A stretch of DNA of 54,146 nucleotides from Desulfatiglandales bacterium (GTDB lineage: Bacteria > Desulfobacterota > DSM-4660 > Desulfatiglandales > HGW-15), in the NCBI GenBank assembly GCA_041685835.1, contig JAWLEX010000003.1, positions 1 to 54,146 of the forward strand, given 5' to 3'. Made by a program: the position numbers and the translations under genes. The notes beneath the pieces are model-generated. The model saw only the letters and a list, made by a program, of their open reading frames with translations, was not told the origin of the DNA and ran no database searches. This document shows positions 37,298-46,704 of this stretch, one piece after another. Position 1 is the stretch's first letter. Every line of letters starts with the position of its first letter.

Positions 37298-37525
37298 GTT
37301 TCCATCCAGAAATGGTCTTTTTTGCCAATCTCGGCGTCAATCTGCGAGGTTGTTTGTGCGGCGTACTTCAGTACGCCTCCGCGCAACCTCTTGATTTGAC
37401 TCGGGCCATCCATGGCCCTCGCCCTTCGGGCGCCCTGACGGGCGTCCCATTCCGCTATCCTGCGGAATGGTCCTTGATCTTGACAAAAAATCCTCATTTC
37501 TGAATTGGAAACCTGTTAGTGCTCA
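37298..37525 (+). mobile_element. MITE-like repeat, copy 4 (nested 74-bp insertion, degenerate right end)
   Basis: The left 100 nt are nearly identical to the intact copies. Canonical CTTGATTT|CCTTGATCTTGAC is interrupted at 37398-37471. After ...GAATTGGAAAC the right module has diverged. TA precedes the left end. Confidence 0.75.
37398..37471. repeat. 74-bp GC-rich, hairpin-dense insertion nested inside MITE copy 4
   Basis: Absent from copies 1, 5 and 6 at the equivalent position. Contains GGGCCAT-cc-ATGGCCC, CGCCC-ttc-GGGCG, GCCC-tgac-GGGC and CCATTCCGC-tatcct-GCGGAATGG. Confidence 0.6.
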
Positions 37526-37834
37526 GGAGGCCTCTTACCACAGCACCCTCTTCTCCAGCGAGGATCCGCCTGATACTGAATTCTACACCGTGGGTTCCAC
37601 GCCTCCGCTCACTTGTCCTGCACCTCTCAGGCGAGGTCCTTGCTGTCAATCGGACCGAGGCAAGGCCATGCGATTTCGAAAGGACAGGATAATATCACAA
37701 TGAGACTTGATGATATAAAATAGAGGTCTTTTTATGAGATGCTAAGGGGAAAGTCAAGCATACAATGGGGGAAACTCTTAACCTGTTAACTTATCAAAAA
37801 CAAATTACAATCTAAACTTATTAACTTATTATTA

Positions 37835-38233
37835 TCACGATAGTAGACGCAGGATCTCGTTAAGGTGACGGCGAAGCTCGTCCAGATCGAGAAAGGGTTC
37901 GGAGCCCTGCGTCTTTTCGGGGCGGCGCTGACTCCGAAGGCGGTTCCTGGCACCCTCAATGGTGAGCTTTTCCTCATAGAGCAGATGCTTGATCTCCAGA
38001 AGGAGTTCCAAGTCATTTTTCTGGTAGGTACGCTGGTTGGAATCAGCACGTGCAGGTCGGACCTGGGAAAACTCGCTCTCCCAGTAGCGGAGCACATAGG
38101 GCTCCACCCCGACGATCCGGCTCACCTCACCAATCCGGAAATACTTCTTGTCGTCGGGAATAAGGGAGGCACGATCAGCGGTCCCGGAGTCTTCCCCCGA
38201 CCATCTCTTCGATCTTTCGTACGATCTTGTCAT
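37835..38233 (-). CDS. MerR family transcriptional regulator
   Basis: MerR HTH YFRIGEVSRIVGVEPYVLRYWESEF...RTYQKNDLELLLEIKHLL. The only ATG start (38233) overlaps the pheT 3' end by 59 nt. Confidence 0.75.
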   Translation of the reverse strand: MTRSYERSKRWSGEDSGTADRASLIPDDKKYFRIGEVSRIVGVEPYVLRYWESEFSQVRPARADSNQRTYQKNDLELLLEIKHLLYEEKLTIEGARNRLRSQRRPEKTQGSEPFLDLDELRRHLNEILRLLS

Positions 38234-40586
38234 GGAGGACGTTGATCTCTCGCCCCTTCAATGTCCGCTCCGGGGAACGGAAGCAGACCCTGAAAGTCAG
38301 GGCTTTCTCCGACGGGGAGATCTGGTCGCCCCGGTAGAGGTCAAAGAGGTCCACGGATTCTACGAGCTTTTCCCCGGCAATGATGCCGCGGACACGCTCA
38401 CTCTCAACGCTCGAGTCCACCACCAAGCAAAGGTCCCTCATGACCGCTGGAAACCGGGCATAGGCCTCGAAAGCCCTCCCTGTGGGCATCGCGTCTTGGA
38501 GCGCCTGGATGTCCAGTTCCATAAGAAAGGCCTTTTCCGGACCGATCTCGAAGCGCTCGGCCGCACCAGGGGCTGCTTCCCCCACCCACCCTAAGGGAGT
38601 TCCTCTCCTAAGAACCCGGGCGGTCTTGTCTTGCCGGTAACCAGGCGGCGGGTCATCCCTCTCGAAATGTACATCTGTTACAAAGAGGTATTCCAGCAGC
38701 GATTCCAGTACGCCCTTGACGTCGTAGAAGTCCACAGTCCTTGCAGGCCCATGGAGTGTCCGGGAGTTCCACTCGCCTGTCAGGACCGCAGCAAGTTCAA
38801 GCCGCTCCTGAGGCAGTTCACTCCCTTCCCGGGGCAAAAAGACCTTGCCCCACTCGAAGAGCTTGAGATTGCGTTCTCCGTGGGCCATGTTGGATCGGAC
38901 GAACTGGAGCAGGCCGGGCAGGAGTGTGGTTCGCATGACCGCCTGGTCCTGGGTAAGAGGCTTGAGCAGTTTCACCGTGTTTCGAAGAGGGCTGTTCTCA
39001 GGCGCGGCCAGGGCGTCCAGGCTTTCCTCCGAAATGAAACTGAAGGTGATGATCTCACTAAAACCGAAACCCGCCATGATCTCCCGTATGTGCTCCCCCA
39101 GGGACACCTCGGCAGGATCGGGCTCGTCAACGGGCCGGACGGCCGGCAGGGTGACAGGAATTTTGTCGTAGCCGACCATGCGGGCCACTTCCTCCATCAG
39201 GTCCACCTCGCGAACCAGGTCCACGCGGCAGGCAGGAGGTGTAACCAGAAGCCGTCCTTCGTCTTCCCTGCGCACCTGCAGTTCCAGAGCGGTCAGGTAC
39301 CCGGCCATGGAGTCGGTGGTGAGGGCCGTACCCAGAAAGGCATTGGTCTTGTCAACCCTGAGCGCTATTACAGGTGGATCCCAAGGCCTGGGATATTGGT
39401 CGATCAGGCCCGGTTCTATGGCTGCACCGGCCGTTTCGGCCAGAAGCAGCATGGTGCGGCTGAGGGCCCACACTGTCCCCTCGATGTCCACCCCGCGTTC
39501 GAACCGATAGGAGGCCTCACTCAGTAAGCCCAGCCTCTTGGAGGTGCGGCGAATGGTCAGAGGGTCGAAACAGGCGGATTCCACGAGCACGTCGGATGTC
39601 TCGTCCTCGATCTCGGAGTTCAGCCCGCCCATGACGCCCGCAAGGCCCACAGACCCTTCACCATCGCAGATCATAAGGTCCTGTGCCCTCAAGGTCCGCT
39701 CCTGGCCGTCCAGGGTTGTGAAAACCTCGCCCTCCTGGGCCCGGCGAACCACTATGCGATTCTCGCTAAGCCGTTGAAAGTCAAAGGCGTGAAGCGGCTG
39801 CCCGCACTCGAGCATTACAAAGTTGGTAACGTCTACAACATTATTGATGCTGCGAACCCCGGACGAATGAAGGCGATACCGCATCCAGAACGGAGAAGGC
39901 CCGATTTTTACTCCCCGCACGAGCCCGGCGGAATACCGCGGGCAACCAAGAGGGTCTTCTATGGTGACGCTTGTGTGGTCCTGAATCGAGGACCGGTTAT
40001 TGTCGACGGTCGGGACTTCGGGCCTTTGAAGCCTCTTTCCTGTAAGGGCGGCAACCTCGCGGGCAATTCCAATGACACTGGTACAGTCAGGCCGGTTGGG
40101 TGTTATGCCTATCTCAAAGGCCCAGTCCTCCAGGGGCAGACACCTGTTAATGGGGGTGCCGGGCGCCTGGTTTTCGGGAAGCTCCATTATTCCGCTGTGA
40201 TCGTCGGTCAATCCAATTTCATCTTCGGCCAGCAGTATCCCATGGGAAGCCTGCCCGCGGATCCGGGTCTTCTTTACGCGCAGACCCCCGGGTAGGCGGA
40301 CACCGGGCGGGGCATAGGCGGTAATCATGCCTTCACGCACGTTCGGTGCCCCGCACACTACATCAACCTCTTCCCCGCCCGCATCAACCCGGCAGACGGT
40401 GAGCCGGTCTGCTTCGGGGTGTTTTTCCACGGAAACCAGACGTGCCGCCACCACACCGTCAAGGCCGTCGCCCAAGTGCTCGACAGTCTCTACTTCCAGT
40501 CCGGCCATTGTCAAAAGGTCGGCCAGCTCCTCGGGCGGGAGATCAGTATCCACATAATCCTTCAGCCAGTTCAGGGTCAGTCTCAT
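38175..40586 (-). CDS. pheT: phenylalanine--tRNA ligase beta subunit
   Basis: The N-terminus MRLTLNWLKDYV, a tRNA-binding domain, B3/4 and B5 domains and an FDX-ACB C-terminus; 803 aa. Confidence 0.95.
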   Translation of the reverse strand: MRLTLNWLKDYVDTDLPPEELADLLTMAGLEVETVEHLGDGLDGVVAARLVSVEKHPEADRLTVCRVDAGGEEVDVVCGAPNVREGMITAYAPPGVRLPGGLRVKKTRIRGQASHGILLAEDEIGLTDDHSGIMELPENQAPGTPINRCLPLEDWAFEIGITPNRPDCTSVIGIAREVAALTGKRLQRPEVPTVDNNRSSIQDHTSVTIEDPLGCPRYSAGLVRGVKIGPSPFWMRYRLHSSGVRSINNVVDVTNFVMLECGQPLHAFDFQRLSENRIVVRRAQEGEVFTTLDGQERTLRAQDLMICDGEGSVGLAGVMGGLNSEIEDETSDVLVESACFDPLTIRRTSKRLGLLSEASYRFERGVDIEGTVWALSRTMLLLAETAGAAIEPGLIDQYPRPWDPPVIALRVDKTNAFLGTALTTDSMAGYLTALELQVRREDEGRLLVTPPACRVDLVREVDLMEEVARMVGYDKIPVTLPAVRPVDEPDPAEVSLGEHIREIMAGFGFSEIITFSFISEESLDALAAPENSPLRNTVKLLKPLTQDQAVMRTTLLPGLLQFVRSNMAHGERNLKLFEWGKVFLPREGSELPQERLELAAVLTGEWNSRTLHGPARTVDFYDVKGVLESLLEYLFVTDVHFERDDPPPGYRQDKTARVLRRGTPLGWVGEAAPGAAERFEIGPEKAFLMELDIQALQDAMPTGRAFEAYARFPAVMRDLCLVVDSSVESERVRGIIAGEKLVESVDLFDLYRGDQISPSEKALTFRVCFRSPERTLKGREINVLHDKIVRKIEEMVGGRLRDR

Positions 40587-40691
40587 GAAGTCAAGGTCTC
40601 CGTTCGCGCTCCTCCCGGGGCCGGTTTCGCAGACGGGGAAGCTGTGGGGGCGAGGGGGAGTCTTTGGGAGTTCTCAGGTTATGCCGGTGGC

Positions 40692-41702
40692 CTAAAACTG
40701 TCTAAGAAACCGCATATCGTTTCGGAAAAACAACTGAATGTCGTCAATCCCGTACTTCAGCATGGCAATCCGTTCGATACCCATGCCAAAGGCGAAGCCG
40801 GACACACGTTCCGGGTCGTAATCCACGAACCCATAGACCTCGGGATCCACCATACCGGAACCCAGAATCTCGAGCCATCCGGTCTTCGAGCAGGTGCGGC
40901 AACCCGAACCGCCGCAAATCACACAACGAATGTCCACCTCGGCGCTCGGCTCTGTAAATGGGAAAAAACTGGGACGAAAACGCACTTCAGTGTCCTGGCC
41001 GAAGATCCGGCGGGCGAATGCGGTGAGCATCCCCTTGAGGTCGCCGAAGGTGACTCCTTCATCCACCAGCAGGCCTTCCACCTGATGAAACATTGGCGTA
41101 TGAGTAACGTCAGAGTCCCGCCGGTACACCTTTCCGGGTGCGATTACAGCCACAGGTGGAGGCTGTTTCTCCATAACGCGGACCTGCATGGGGGAGGTGT
41201 GGGTTCGAAGGACTACATTCTCGCTCACGTAGAATGTATCCTGCATGTCGCGTGCCGGGTGATCCTTGGGAATGTTCAGGGCTTCGAAGTTGTAGTAGTC
41301 GAGTTCCACGTTGGGGCCCTTGACGATCCGAAAACCCATTCTTTCAAAGATGCGGCAGATCTCGCGCGTTGCCAGGGTTATGGGGTGAAGATGCCCCCTG
41401 ACCGGCCTGCGGCCCGGCAGGGTCACATCAAAGTACTCCTTCTCGACGCCTGCGCTACGGACCTCGATCTCACGCTTTTTGGCCTCGAAGGCGTCAACCA
41501 GGCGCGTCTTCACACGGTTCGCCGCCTTGCCGGCCTCAGGACGCTCCTCAGGGGAAAGCCTTCCCATTCCCTTCAGGGATGCTGTCAGGCGGCCTTTCTT
41601 TCCGAGGTAGGAAATTCGAAAAGCTTCGAGGCGGTCAGGATCCTCGATGGTCTCGAGTTGCTGAATCGCCTCATCCTCGATCTGCCGAAGTTCGTCGATC
41701 AT
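40692..41702 (-). CDS. pheS: phenylalanine--tRNA ligase alpha subunit
   Basis: Class II aaRS motifs (HPARDMQDTFY, FRPSFFPFTEPS and GMGIERIAML). ATG 41702 chosen; an in-frame TTG at 41717 is also possible. Confidence 0.93.
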   Translation of the reverse strand: MIDELRQIEDEAIQQLETIEDPDRLEAFRISYLGKKGRLTASLKGMGRLSPEERPEAGKAANRVKTRLVDAFEAKKREIEVRSAGVEKEYFDVTLPGRRPVRGHLHPITLATREICRIFERMGFRIVKGPNVELDYYNFEALNIPKDHPARDMQDTFYVSENVVLRTHTSPMQVRVMEKQPPPVAVIAPGKVYRRDSDVTHTPMFHQVEGLLVDEGVTFGDLKGMLTAFARRIFGQDTEVRFRPSFFPFTEPSAEVDIRCVICGGSGCRTCSKTGWLEILGSGMVDPEVYGFVDYDPERVSGFAFGMGIERIAMLKYGIDDIQLFFRNDMRFLRQF

Positions 41703-41774
41703 AAGGGATACGATCAACCCCGCAAACCCGTGCGCCTCAGGTGCATTAATTCGGACTCGTCCGCGTCTGTTTCC

Positions 41775-42122
41775 TTACGCCTTAACCATCTCGGCTATTC
41801 GCCCGAAGGCCGTTGGATCGTTCACAGCCATATCGGCCAGGATCTTCCTGTCAAGTTCGAGGCCCGCCTTTTGCATACCTCCCATAAACTGGGAGTAGCT
41901 CAGCCCGTGTTGTCTGGCCGCGGCATTGATGCGCGTTATCCATAACCTGCGGAATTCCCTTTTCCGGACTTTCCGGTCCCTGTAGGCGTAAGCACGGGCA
42001 CGGTCCACCGCTACCGTGGCACTACGGAGAAGCTTGCTGCTCGCCCCTCGAAACCCCTTGGCTTCCTTGAGTACTTTTTTTCTGCGTTGCCTCGAAGGCA
42101 CGCTGGATTTAACTCTGGGCAT
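41775..42122 (-). CDS. rplT: 50S ribosomal protein L20
   Basis: [26 protein letters not shown] is a canonical L20 N-terminus. Confidence 0.95.
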   Translation of the reverse strand: MPRVKSSVPSRQRRKKVLKEAKGFRGASSKLLRSATVAVDRARAYAYRDRKVRKREFRRLWITRINAAARQHGLSYSQFMGGMQKAGLELDRKILADMAVNDPTAFGRIAEMVKA

Positions 42123-42195
42123 GATTCAACCTCTTTTGTCTGGAATTCGCCACAGCCGGGCCTTGAATTATCCGGCCCATGCAGGCGGCCGGGAA

Positions 42196-42393
42196 CTACA
42201 GGTAAGGGAGCATTCGCTTTACGCCCCTCACGTTGGTGTCGTCTACCAGCCCTGCTTTTCGCAAACCACGCTTCTTTTTAGTCGTTTTTTTCGTCAATAT
42301 ATGATTTGCTTTCGCCTTGCTTCTGACGATCTTGCCGGTACCGGTGGTCTTGAATCGCTTTGCGGCACCACGATTACTTTTTATTTTAGGCAT
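42196..42393 (-). CDS. rpmI: 50S ribosomal protein L35
   Basis: [21 protein letters not shown] is a canonical L35 N-terminus, 65 aa. The longest ORF (to 42459) is an upstream extension. Confidence 0.95.
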   Translation of the reverse strand: MPKIKSNRGAAKRFKTTGTGKIVRSKAKANHILTKKTTKKKRGLRKAGLVDDTNVRGVKRMLPYL

Positions 42394-42581
42394 TTTCAAC
42401 CTCCATAGTATACATATTATATATCCGGAGCAATCCCCCATCAGACCCGGTCCAGGCAATCACGCGGTAACCGCCCCCTGATCCACATCATGCGCCACAG
42501 GCCCTTCACAGCGTGCCGCAGATTGACCAGAGAGCCGTCCCTATAACCCGGTTCTCTGAAACAGCGTTCTGTAGGACCCCC

Positions 42582-43097
42582 TTACTTGGGAACAAGAACC
42601 ATGGTGAGCCGCCAGCCCTCACGGGTAGGGCTCTGCTCAACGGTGCCTACCTCTTCCATCTCTTCGGACACGCGTCTTAACAGTTCCACTCCCTGGTCCA
42701 TGTAAGCCATCTCCCTTCCGCGAAAAAGCACCGTCACTTTGACCCGGTCCCGTTTCTCAAGGAACTTGCGAATGTTTTTGAGCTTGAATCCCAGGTCGTG
42801 CTCCTCGGTACGGGGCCTCATTCGGACCTCTTTGAGCTGAATGGTCCTGCCCTTTTTCTTGGTCTCCTGGCCCTTCTTGCTCGCCTGGTACTTGAACTTG
42901 CCGTAATCCATGATCCGGCAGACCGGGGGGTCGGCGTTGGGTGCCACCTCGACCAGGTCAAGGCCTGCCTTTTTGGCGACTTCGAGGGCGTCTTCAATGG
43001 GTAAAATACCGGCCTGCTCGCCATCGGCCTGGATCAGCCTGACCGTCTTGGCTCGGATCTTCTGGTTCACGTTGGTCTCATTGGCTCTCTTGGCTAT
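42582..43097 (-). CDS. infC: translation initiation factor IF-3, probable non-canonical ATA start
   Basis: IF-3 N and C domains (VRLIQADGEQAGILPIEDALEVAKKAGLDLVEV...). The frame stays open upstream of the tracked GTG (43070) to an ATA at 43097-43095. AAGGAGG lies 8 nt upstream of that ATA, and the thrS TAG sits between them. Confidence 0.8.
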   Translation of the reverse strand: MAKRANETNVNQKIRAKTVRLIQADGEQAGILPIEDALEVAKKAGLDLVEVAPNADPPVCRIMDYGKFKYQASKKGQETKKKGRTIQLKEVRMRPRTEEHDLGFKLKNIRKFLEKRDRVKVTVLFRGREMAYMDQGVELLRRVSEEMEEVGTVEQSPTREGWRLTMVLVPK

Positions 43098-43102
43098 AGC
43101 GA

Positions 43103-45019
43103 CTACCTCCTTTGTTGGGTCTCTTCCTGGATGTGATCCACGAAGGCCTCAGGGCTCATGAACGGCAGGTTCTTCCCGCTGCGAAGCCGCGGAGTAACCC
43201 CACCACCTTCCGATTCCTTGTCCCCTACGATAAGCATGTAGGGAATTTTTTGGAGCTGAGCCTCGCGGACCTTCAGCCCCAGCTTTTCGTTACGGAAGTC
43301 CGCTTCCACGCGCACGCCGGCCTCCCTGAGAATCTTAAGCAAGGTCTCTCCGTGCGGAGCGTTGCGGTCCGTCACGGTCATTACCACGGCTTGTACCGGG
43401 GCGATCCAGACCGGAAACGCTCCGGCGTACTGCTCGATCAGGACCCCGATGAAACGCTCCATTGACCCCAGAATGGTGCGGTGAATCATTACGGGCCGGC
43501 GTTTTGCGCCTTCTTTGTCAATGAAGTGCAGGTCGAACCGGTCGGGGAGCGTGAAGTCCACCTGGATCGTTGCGCACTGCCAGCTTCGGTCCAGGGCGTC
43601 CCGCAGGTTTACGTCGATCTTCGGACCGTAAAACGCGCCGTCTCCCTCATTGAGACGGCACGGAAGACCCAGGTCGTCCACGGCCCTCTGAAGAGCATTC
43701 GTAGCCCGCTCCCAGTCTTGGTCCGAGCCGATGGACTTGTCGGGCCTGGTGCTCAACTCCAGATCGTAGCTGAAGCCGAAAACCGTGACCATGTATTGTA
43801 CCAGGTCCAGCACGCCCTTGATCTCTGCATCCAGCTGGTCCGGAGTGCAGAGGATGTGCGCGTCGTCCTGGGTGAACTCCCTCACCCTCAGCAGCCCGTG
43901 GAGCACGCCGGACCGCTCGTGCCGGTGTACTATACCCATCTCGAAATACCTCTGAGGGAGGTCCCGGTAGCTCTTTATTCCGGTCTTGTAAATCAGCATG
44001 TGGGAGAGACAGTTCATCGGCTTGATGCCGTATGAGATATCGTCGATCTGAGTGAAGTACATGTTCTCCCGGTAATTGTCGAAGTGCCCGGACTTCTCCC
44101 ACAATGAGGTCTTAAGAATCTCGGGTCCGCGGACGATTTGATACCCGCGCCTGAGGTGCTCCTTGATCTCAAAATCCTCTATGAGGTGACGGAGCATGGC
44201 TCCCTTGGGGTGCCATAACACCATTCCTGCGCCGACCTCCTCGTGCGTGCTGAATATTCCTAATTCCTTACCCAGACGTACGTGGTCCCGCTTCCTTGCC
44301 TCCTCCAGCCTCTGGAGGTGTTTCTTGAGGGCCTTCTTATCCGCAAACGCCACACCGTAGACCCGGCTCAGCATGGGGCGCTTCTCATCCCCGCGCCAGT
44401 AAGCACCCGCCGTCTTTGTAAGCTGAAAAGCCTTTATCTTTCCGGTGGAGGGAATATGCGGCCCGCGACAAAGGTCGGTGAAGCCCCCCTGGGTATATAG
44501 CGAGACCGTGTCGTCCTCCATGCCCTCGAGAAGCTCTACCTTGTATTCCTCTCCTTCGTTCTTGAACCGCTCGATAGCCGCTTTTCTGGAGACCTTCGCC
44601 CGCGTGAAAGGGAGGTCCTCCTTTACGATTTTCTCCATCTTCTGCTGAATTACGGGGAGGTCATCGTCCCTGAAGGGACGCTCGTAATCAAAGTCGTAGT
44701 AGAATCCGTGCTCGATGGAAGGACCGATGGTGACCTTGACGCCGGGAAAGAGCGACTTCACCGCTTCTGCCATGACATGGCTCGTGCTGTGCCGCAGGAT
44801 GTCCAGGCCCTCGTCCGAATCCACCAAGACGGGTGCCACTTCCGCCTCGTCCTCTATGGAGCAGCTGAGATCCCTCAACTCGCCGTTTACACGCGCCGCC
44901 ACCACGCGCTCAAGGCCCCTCACGCCAAGGTCCTCCAGGGCCTTCATCGCGGTGACCGGCCGGTCTTCCTCGGCCCGAGACCCGATCTCCTTTAACACCA
45001 CGTTGAATGTTGTCATCAC
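43103..45019 (-). CDS. thrS: threonine--tRNA ligase
   Basis: TGS domain, editing-domain motif (HSTSH), class II catalytic core and an anticodon-binding domain; 638 aa. Confidence 0.95.
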   Translation of the reverse strand: MMTTFNVVLKEIGSRAEEDRPVTAMKALEDLGVRGLERVVAARVNGELRDLSCSIEDEAEVAPVLVDSDEGLDILRHSTSHVMAEAVKSLFPGVKVTIGPSIEHGFYYDFDYERPFRDDDLPVIQQKMEKIVKEDLPFTRAKVSRKAAIERFKNEGEEYKVELLEGMEDDTVSLYTQGGFTDLCRGPHIPSTGKIKAFQLTKTAGAYWRGDEKRPMLSRVYGVAFADKKALKKHLQRLEEARKRDHVRLGKELGIFSTHEEVGAGMVLWHPKGAMLRHLIEDFEIKEHLRRGYQIVRGPEILKTSLWEKSGHFDNYRENMYFTQIDDISYGIKPMNCLSHMLIYKTGIKSYRDLPQRYFEMGIVHRHERSGVLHGLLRVREFTQDDAHILCTPDQLDAEIKGVLDLVQYMVTVFGFSYDLELSTRPDKSIGSDQDWERATNALQRAVDDLGLPCRLNEGDGAFYGPKIDVNLRDALDRSWQCATIQVDFTLPDRFDLHFIDKEGAKRRPVMIHRTILGSMERFIGVLIEQYAGAFPVWIAPVQAVVMTVTDRNAPHGETLLKILREAGVRVEADFRNEKLGLKVREAQLQKIPYMLIVGDKESEGGGVTPRLRSGKNLPFMSPEAFVDHIQEETQQRR

Positions 45020-45028
45020 TCAAACCGG

Positions 45029-45078
45029 TAAAAACATAAGGCATCCAAGGTCACGATGTGAACCCGCTCGGATGCCTT
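45029..45078 (-). terminator. terminator-like hairpin with a U tract in the thrS leader (possible attenuator or operator)
   Basis: Minus strand: AAGGCATCC ... GGTtCAC-atc-GTGACC ... GGATGCCTT, followed by aTGTTTTTa. It ends about 10 nt before the thrS ATG. Confidence 0.4.
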
Positions 45079-45279
45079 AAGGGTGTGTTCCTTCAATTCT
45101 TTCAAACTTAATCGAAACGACACTCGCTCGCTATCCGCTCCGGGCCCAAGGGCCCACCTGCATTTCATGCCCTTGCCCCATTACTTCGGGATCATACCGG
45201 ATCATTCGGGCATGCTACCACACCGGCAACTCACACTTCTGACTATGCGAAAAGACTAAACAAATAGAACAAGAAATGT

Positions 45280-45308
45280 AAAATACACAAATGGCAGGGA
45301 AAAGTCAA
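45280..45308 (-). promoter_or_regulatory. sigma-70-type promoter for the thrS-infC operon
   Basis: Minus strand: TTGACT (45308-45303), 17-nt spacer, TATTTT (45285-45280). Implies a leader of about 250 nt. Confidence 0.45.
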
Positions 45309-45479
45309 GAATTAAGTTCCCGATTTTCCGTTGATTCCGTCTCCGGTCCCGCCTCGCAAACACAACCACGGCCACACATTGTCAGAGCGGCACACCCGCA
45401 ACAAAGGCCCGCATTTTCCCGCCAAGACGCCGTGAGCGCCAAGAAAATAGTCCTCTTAGGTGCTAAAGTAATCTATTTA

Positions 45480-45655
45480 GTGCCCATCCAGAAACGCTTT
45501 TTGGGCACTGGCAAGTTTCCAATTCAGAAATGAGGATTTTTTGTCAAGATCAAGGAAATCAAGAGGTTGCGCGGAGGCGTACTGAAGTACGCCGCACAAG
45601 CAACCTCGCAGATTGACGCCGAGATTGGCAAAAAAGACCATTTCTGGATGGAAAC
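45480..45655 (-). mobile_element. 176-bp palindromic MITE-like repeat, copy 5 (intact, inverted orientation)
   Basis: The reverse complement differs from copy 1 at 4 of 176 positions (by eye). Flanked by TA on both sides, within ctatt-TA[element]TA-tttatcc. Confidence 0.8.
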
Positions 45656-45700
45656 TATTTATCCTTTTCCCGTTGTTCTTTAACCTTGTTAATCGCGGAT

Positions 45701-45735
45701 TAAGAGAAAAGGCCGACCAAAAGGTGGCCGGCCTT
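45701..45735 (-). terminator. intrinsic terminator downstream of tRNA-Val
   Basis: Minus strand: AAGGCCG-13 nt-CGGCCTT followed by TTCTCTT. It begins about 16 nt after the tRNA CCA end. Confidence 0.5.
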
Positions 45736-45751
45736 TGTCCGCCGGAAAACA

Positions 45752-45826
45752 TGGTAGGCACGCTGGGATTTGAACCCAGGACCTCTACCGTGTCAGGGTA
45801 GCGCTCTCCCCCTGAGCTACGTGCCT
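45752..45826 (-). tRNA. tRNA-Val (anticodon GAC), CCA encoded
   Basis: Hand-folded cloverleaf. Acceptor AGGCACG/CGTGCCT. D arm GCTC-AGGGGGA-GAGC. Anticodon arm CTACC-CTGACAC-GGTAG. Variable loop AGGTC. T arm CTGGG-TTCAAAT-CCCAG. Discriminator A, then CCA. Confidence 0.93.
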
Positions 45827-45841
45827 TCAAAGAATCCAAGG

Positions 45842-45870
45842 AAATTACCAACGCCCGGGAGGACTGTCAA
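45842..45870 (-). promoter_or_regulatory. sigma-70-type promoter for tRNA-Val
   Basis: Minus strand: TTGACA (45870-45865), 17-nt spacer, TAATTT (45847-45842), 15 nt upstream of the mature tRNA 5' end. Confidence 0.55.
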
Positions 45871-46089
45871 GGCCTATTCTTAAGGATTGTAGCAATCACG
45901 TGAAATGTCCGGACCTGAGAAGTACTGAGGTATAGGAGGGCCATCGGGCTCGGGATTTGGCCTGTCAGCTTGTACGGCAGTTCAGCTTCAGGATGCTCAG
46001 GGGCCACAGCACTCTTGACAAACCAGGAATCAGGCCTCCAAGGCTCCATATTGGCGAGACCGTCGGAAATACGGTGTTAAGTTGCCCGC

Positions 46090-46632
46090 TTACGGCAACC
46101 TTTCCTCTTGGCCCATCATCTTGAACCAGGCCTGCATATAGTGGAGTCCCGAAGCGATGGTTGCGGCGGCGGTAAGGCCGAACAGCCAATCATAGAGGGC
46201 TTCGGGCATCAAAACAAATTTTGAAACAAGGACCGCTGCCACCGTGGCGAACTGGCAACACGTGGTAATCTTGCTCAGGACTGAGGGTCGAATTCGAATC
46301 TCCACCCGGTAGATATGGAGCGCCGCCACACCCAGAGAGATAAGCACGTCCCGGCTGAGCACGGTCACGGTAAGCCAGACAGGGACGGCCCCCATGACCG
46401 AGAGGGAGACAAAGGTCGAAACCAGTATCAGCTTGTCCGCGATGGGATCCAGTAAGGCCCCGAGAGCGCTCTTTTGTTTGAGCACGCGTGCCAGAAACCC
46501 GTCCAGCCCGTCGCTCACTACGCATATGACGAACACTACAAGCGCAACGACGAATTGCTCGTCCAGGAGATAGATAATGAAAATGGGGGTGAGAATGATC
46601 CTCAGCGTGGTGATCAGGTTTGGAATGGTCAT
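46090..46632 (-). CDS. pgsA: CDP-diacylglycerol--glycerol-3-phosphate 3-phosphatidyltransferase
   Basis: CDP-alcohol phosphatidyltransferase motif DGLDGFLAR...G..LDPIADK; 180 aa with multiple TM helices. Confidence 0.85.
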   Translation of the reverse strand: MTIPNLITTLRIILTPIFIIYLLDEQFVVALVVFVICVVSDGLDGFLARVLKQKSALGALLDPIADKLILVSTFVSLSVMGAVPVWLTVTVLSRDVLISLGVAALHIYRVEIRIRPSVLSKITTCCQFATVAAVLVSKFVLMPEALYDWLFGLTAAATIASGLHYMQAWFKMMGQEERLP

Positions 46633-46704
46633 CCGTAAAGGCTCCGAATTGTGTTATTTCAGGTCCGGGACGGGTGGGATAGCAGCCGCCTTGAACCCAC
46701 GCCC

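Noticed and set aside
42394-42581. The 188-nt infC-rpmI spacer might be an L20-binding autoregulatory leader.
   Set aside because: This is plausible from established biology of the rpmI-rplT operon. However, I could not identify the pseudoknot or 23S-mimic structure by eye, so I make no call.
45020-45279. A T-box riboswitch might lie upstream of thrS.
   Set aside because: I found neither the conserved T-box sequence (GGGTGGTACCGCG-like) nor a recognisable specifier-loop or AG-bulge arrangement by eye. Only a generic terminator-like hairpin is present. A covariance-model scan is needed for a definitive answer.
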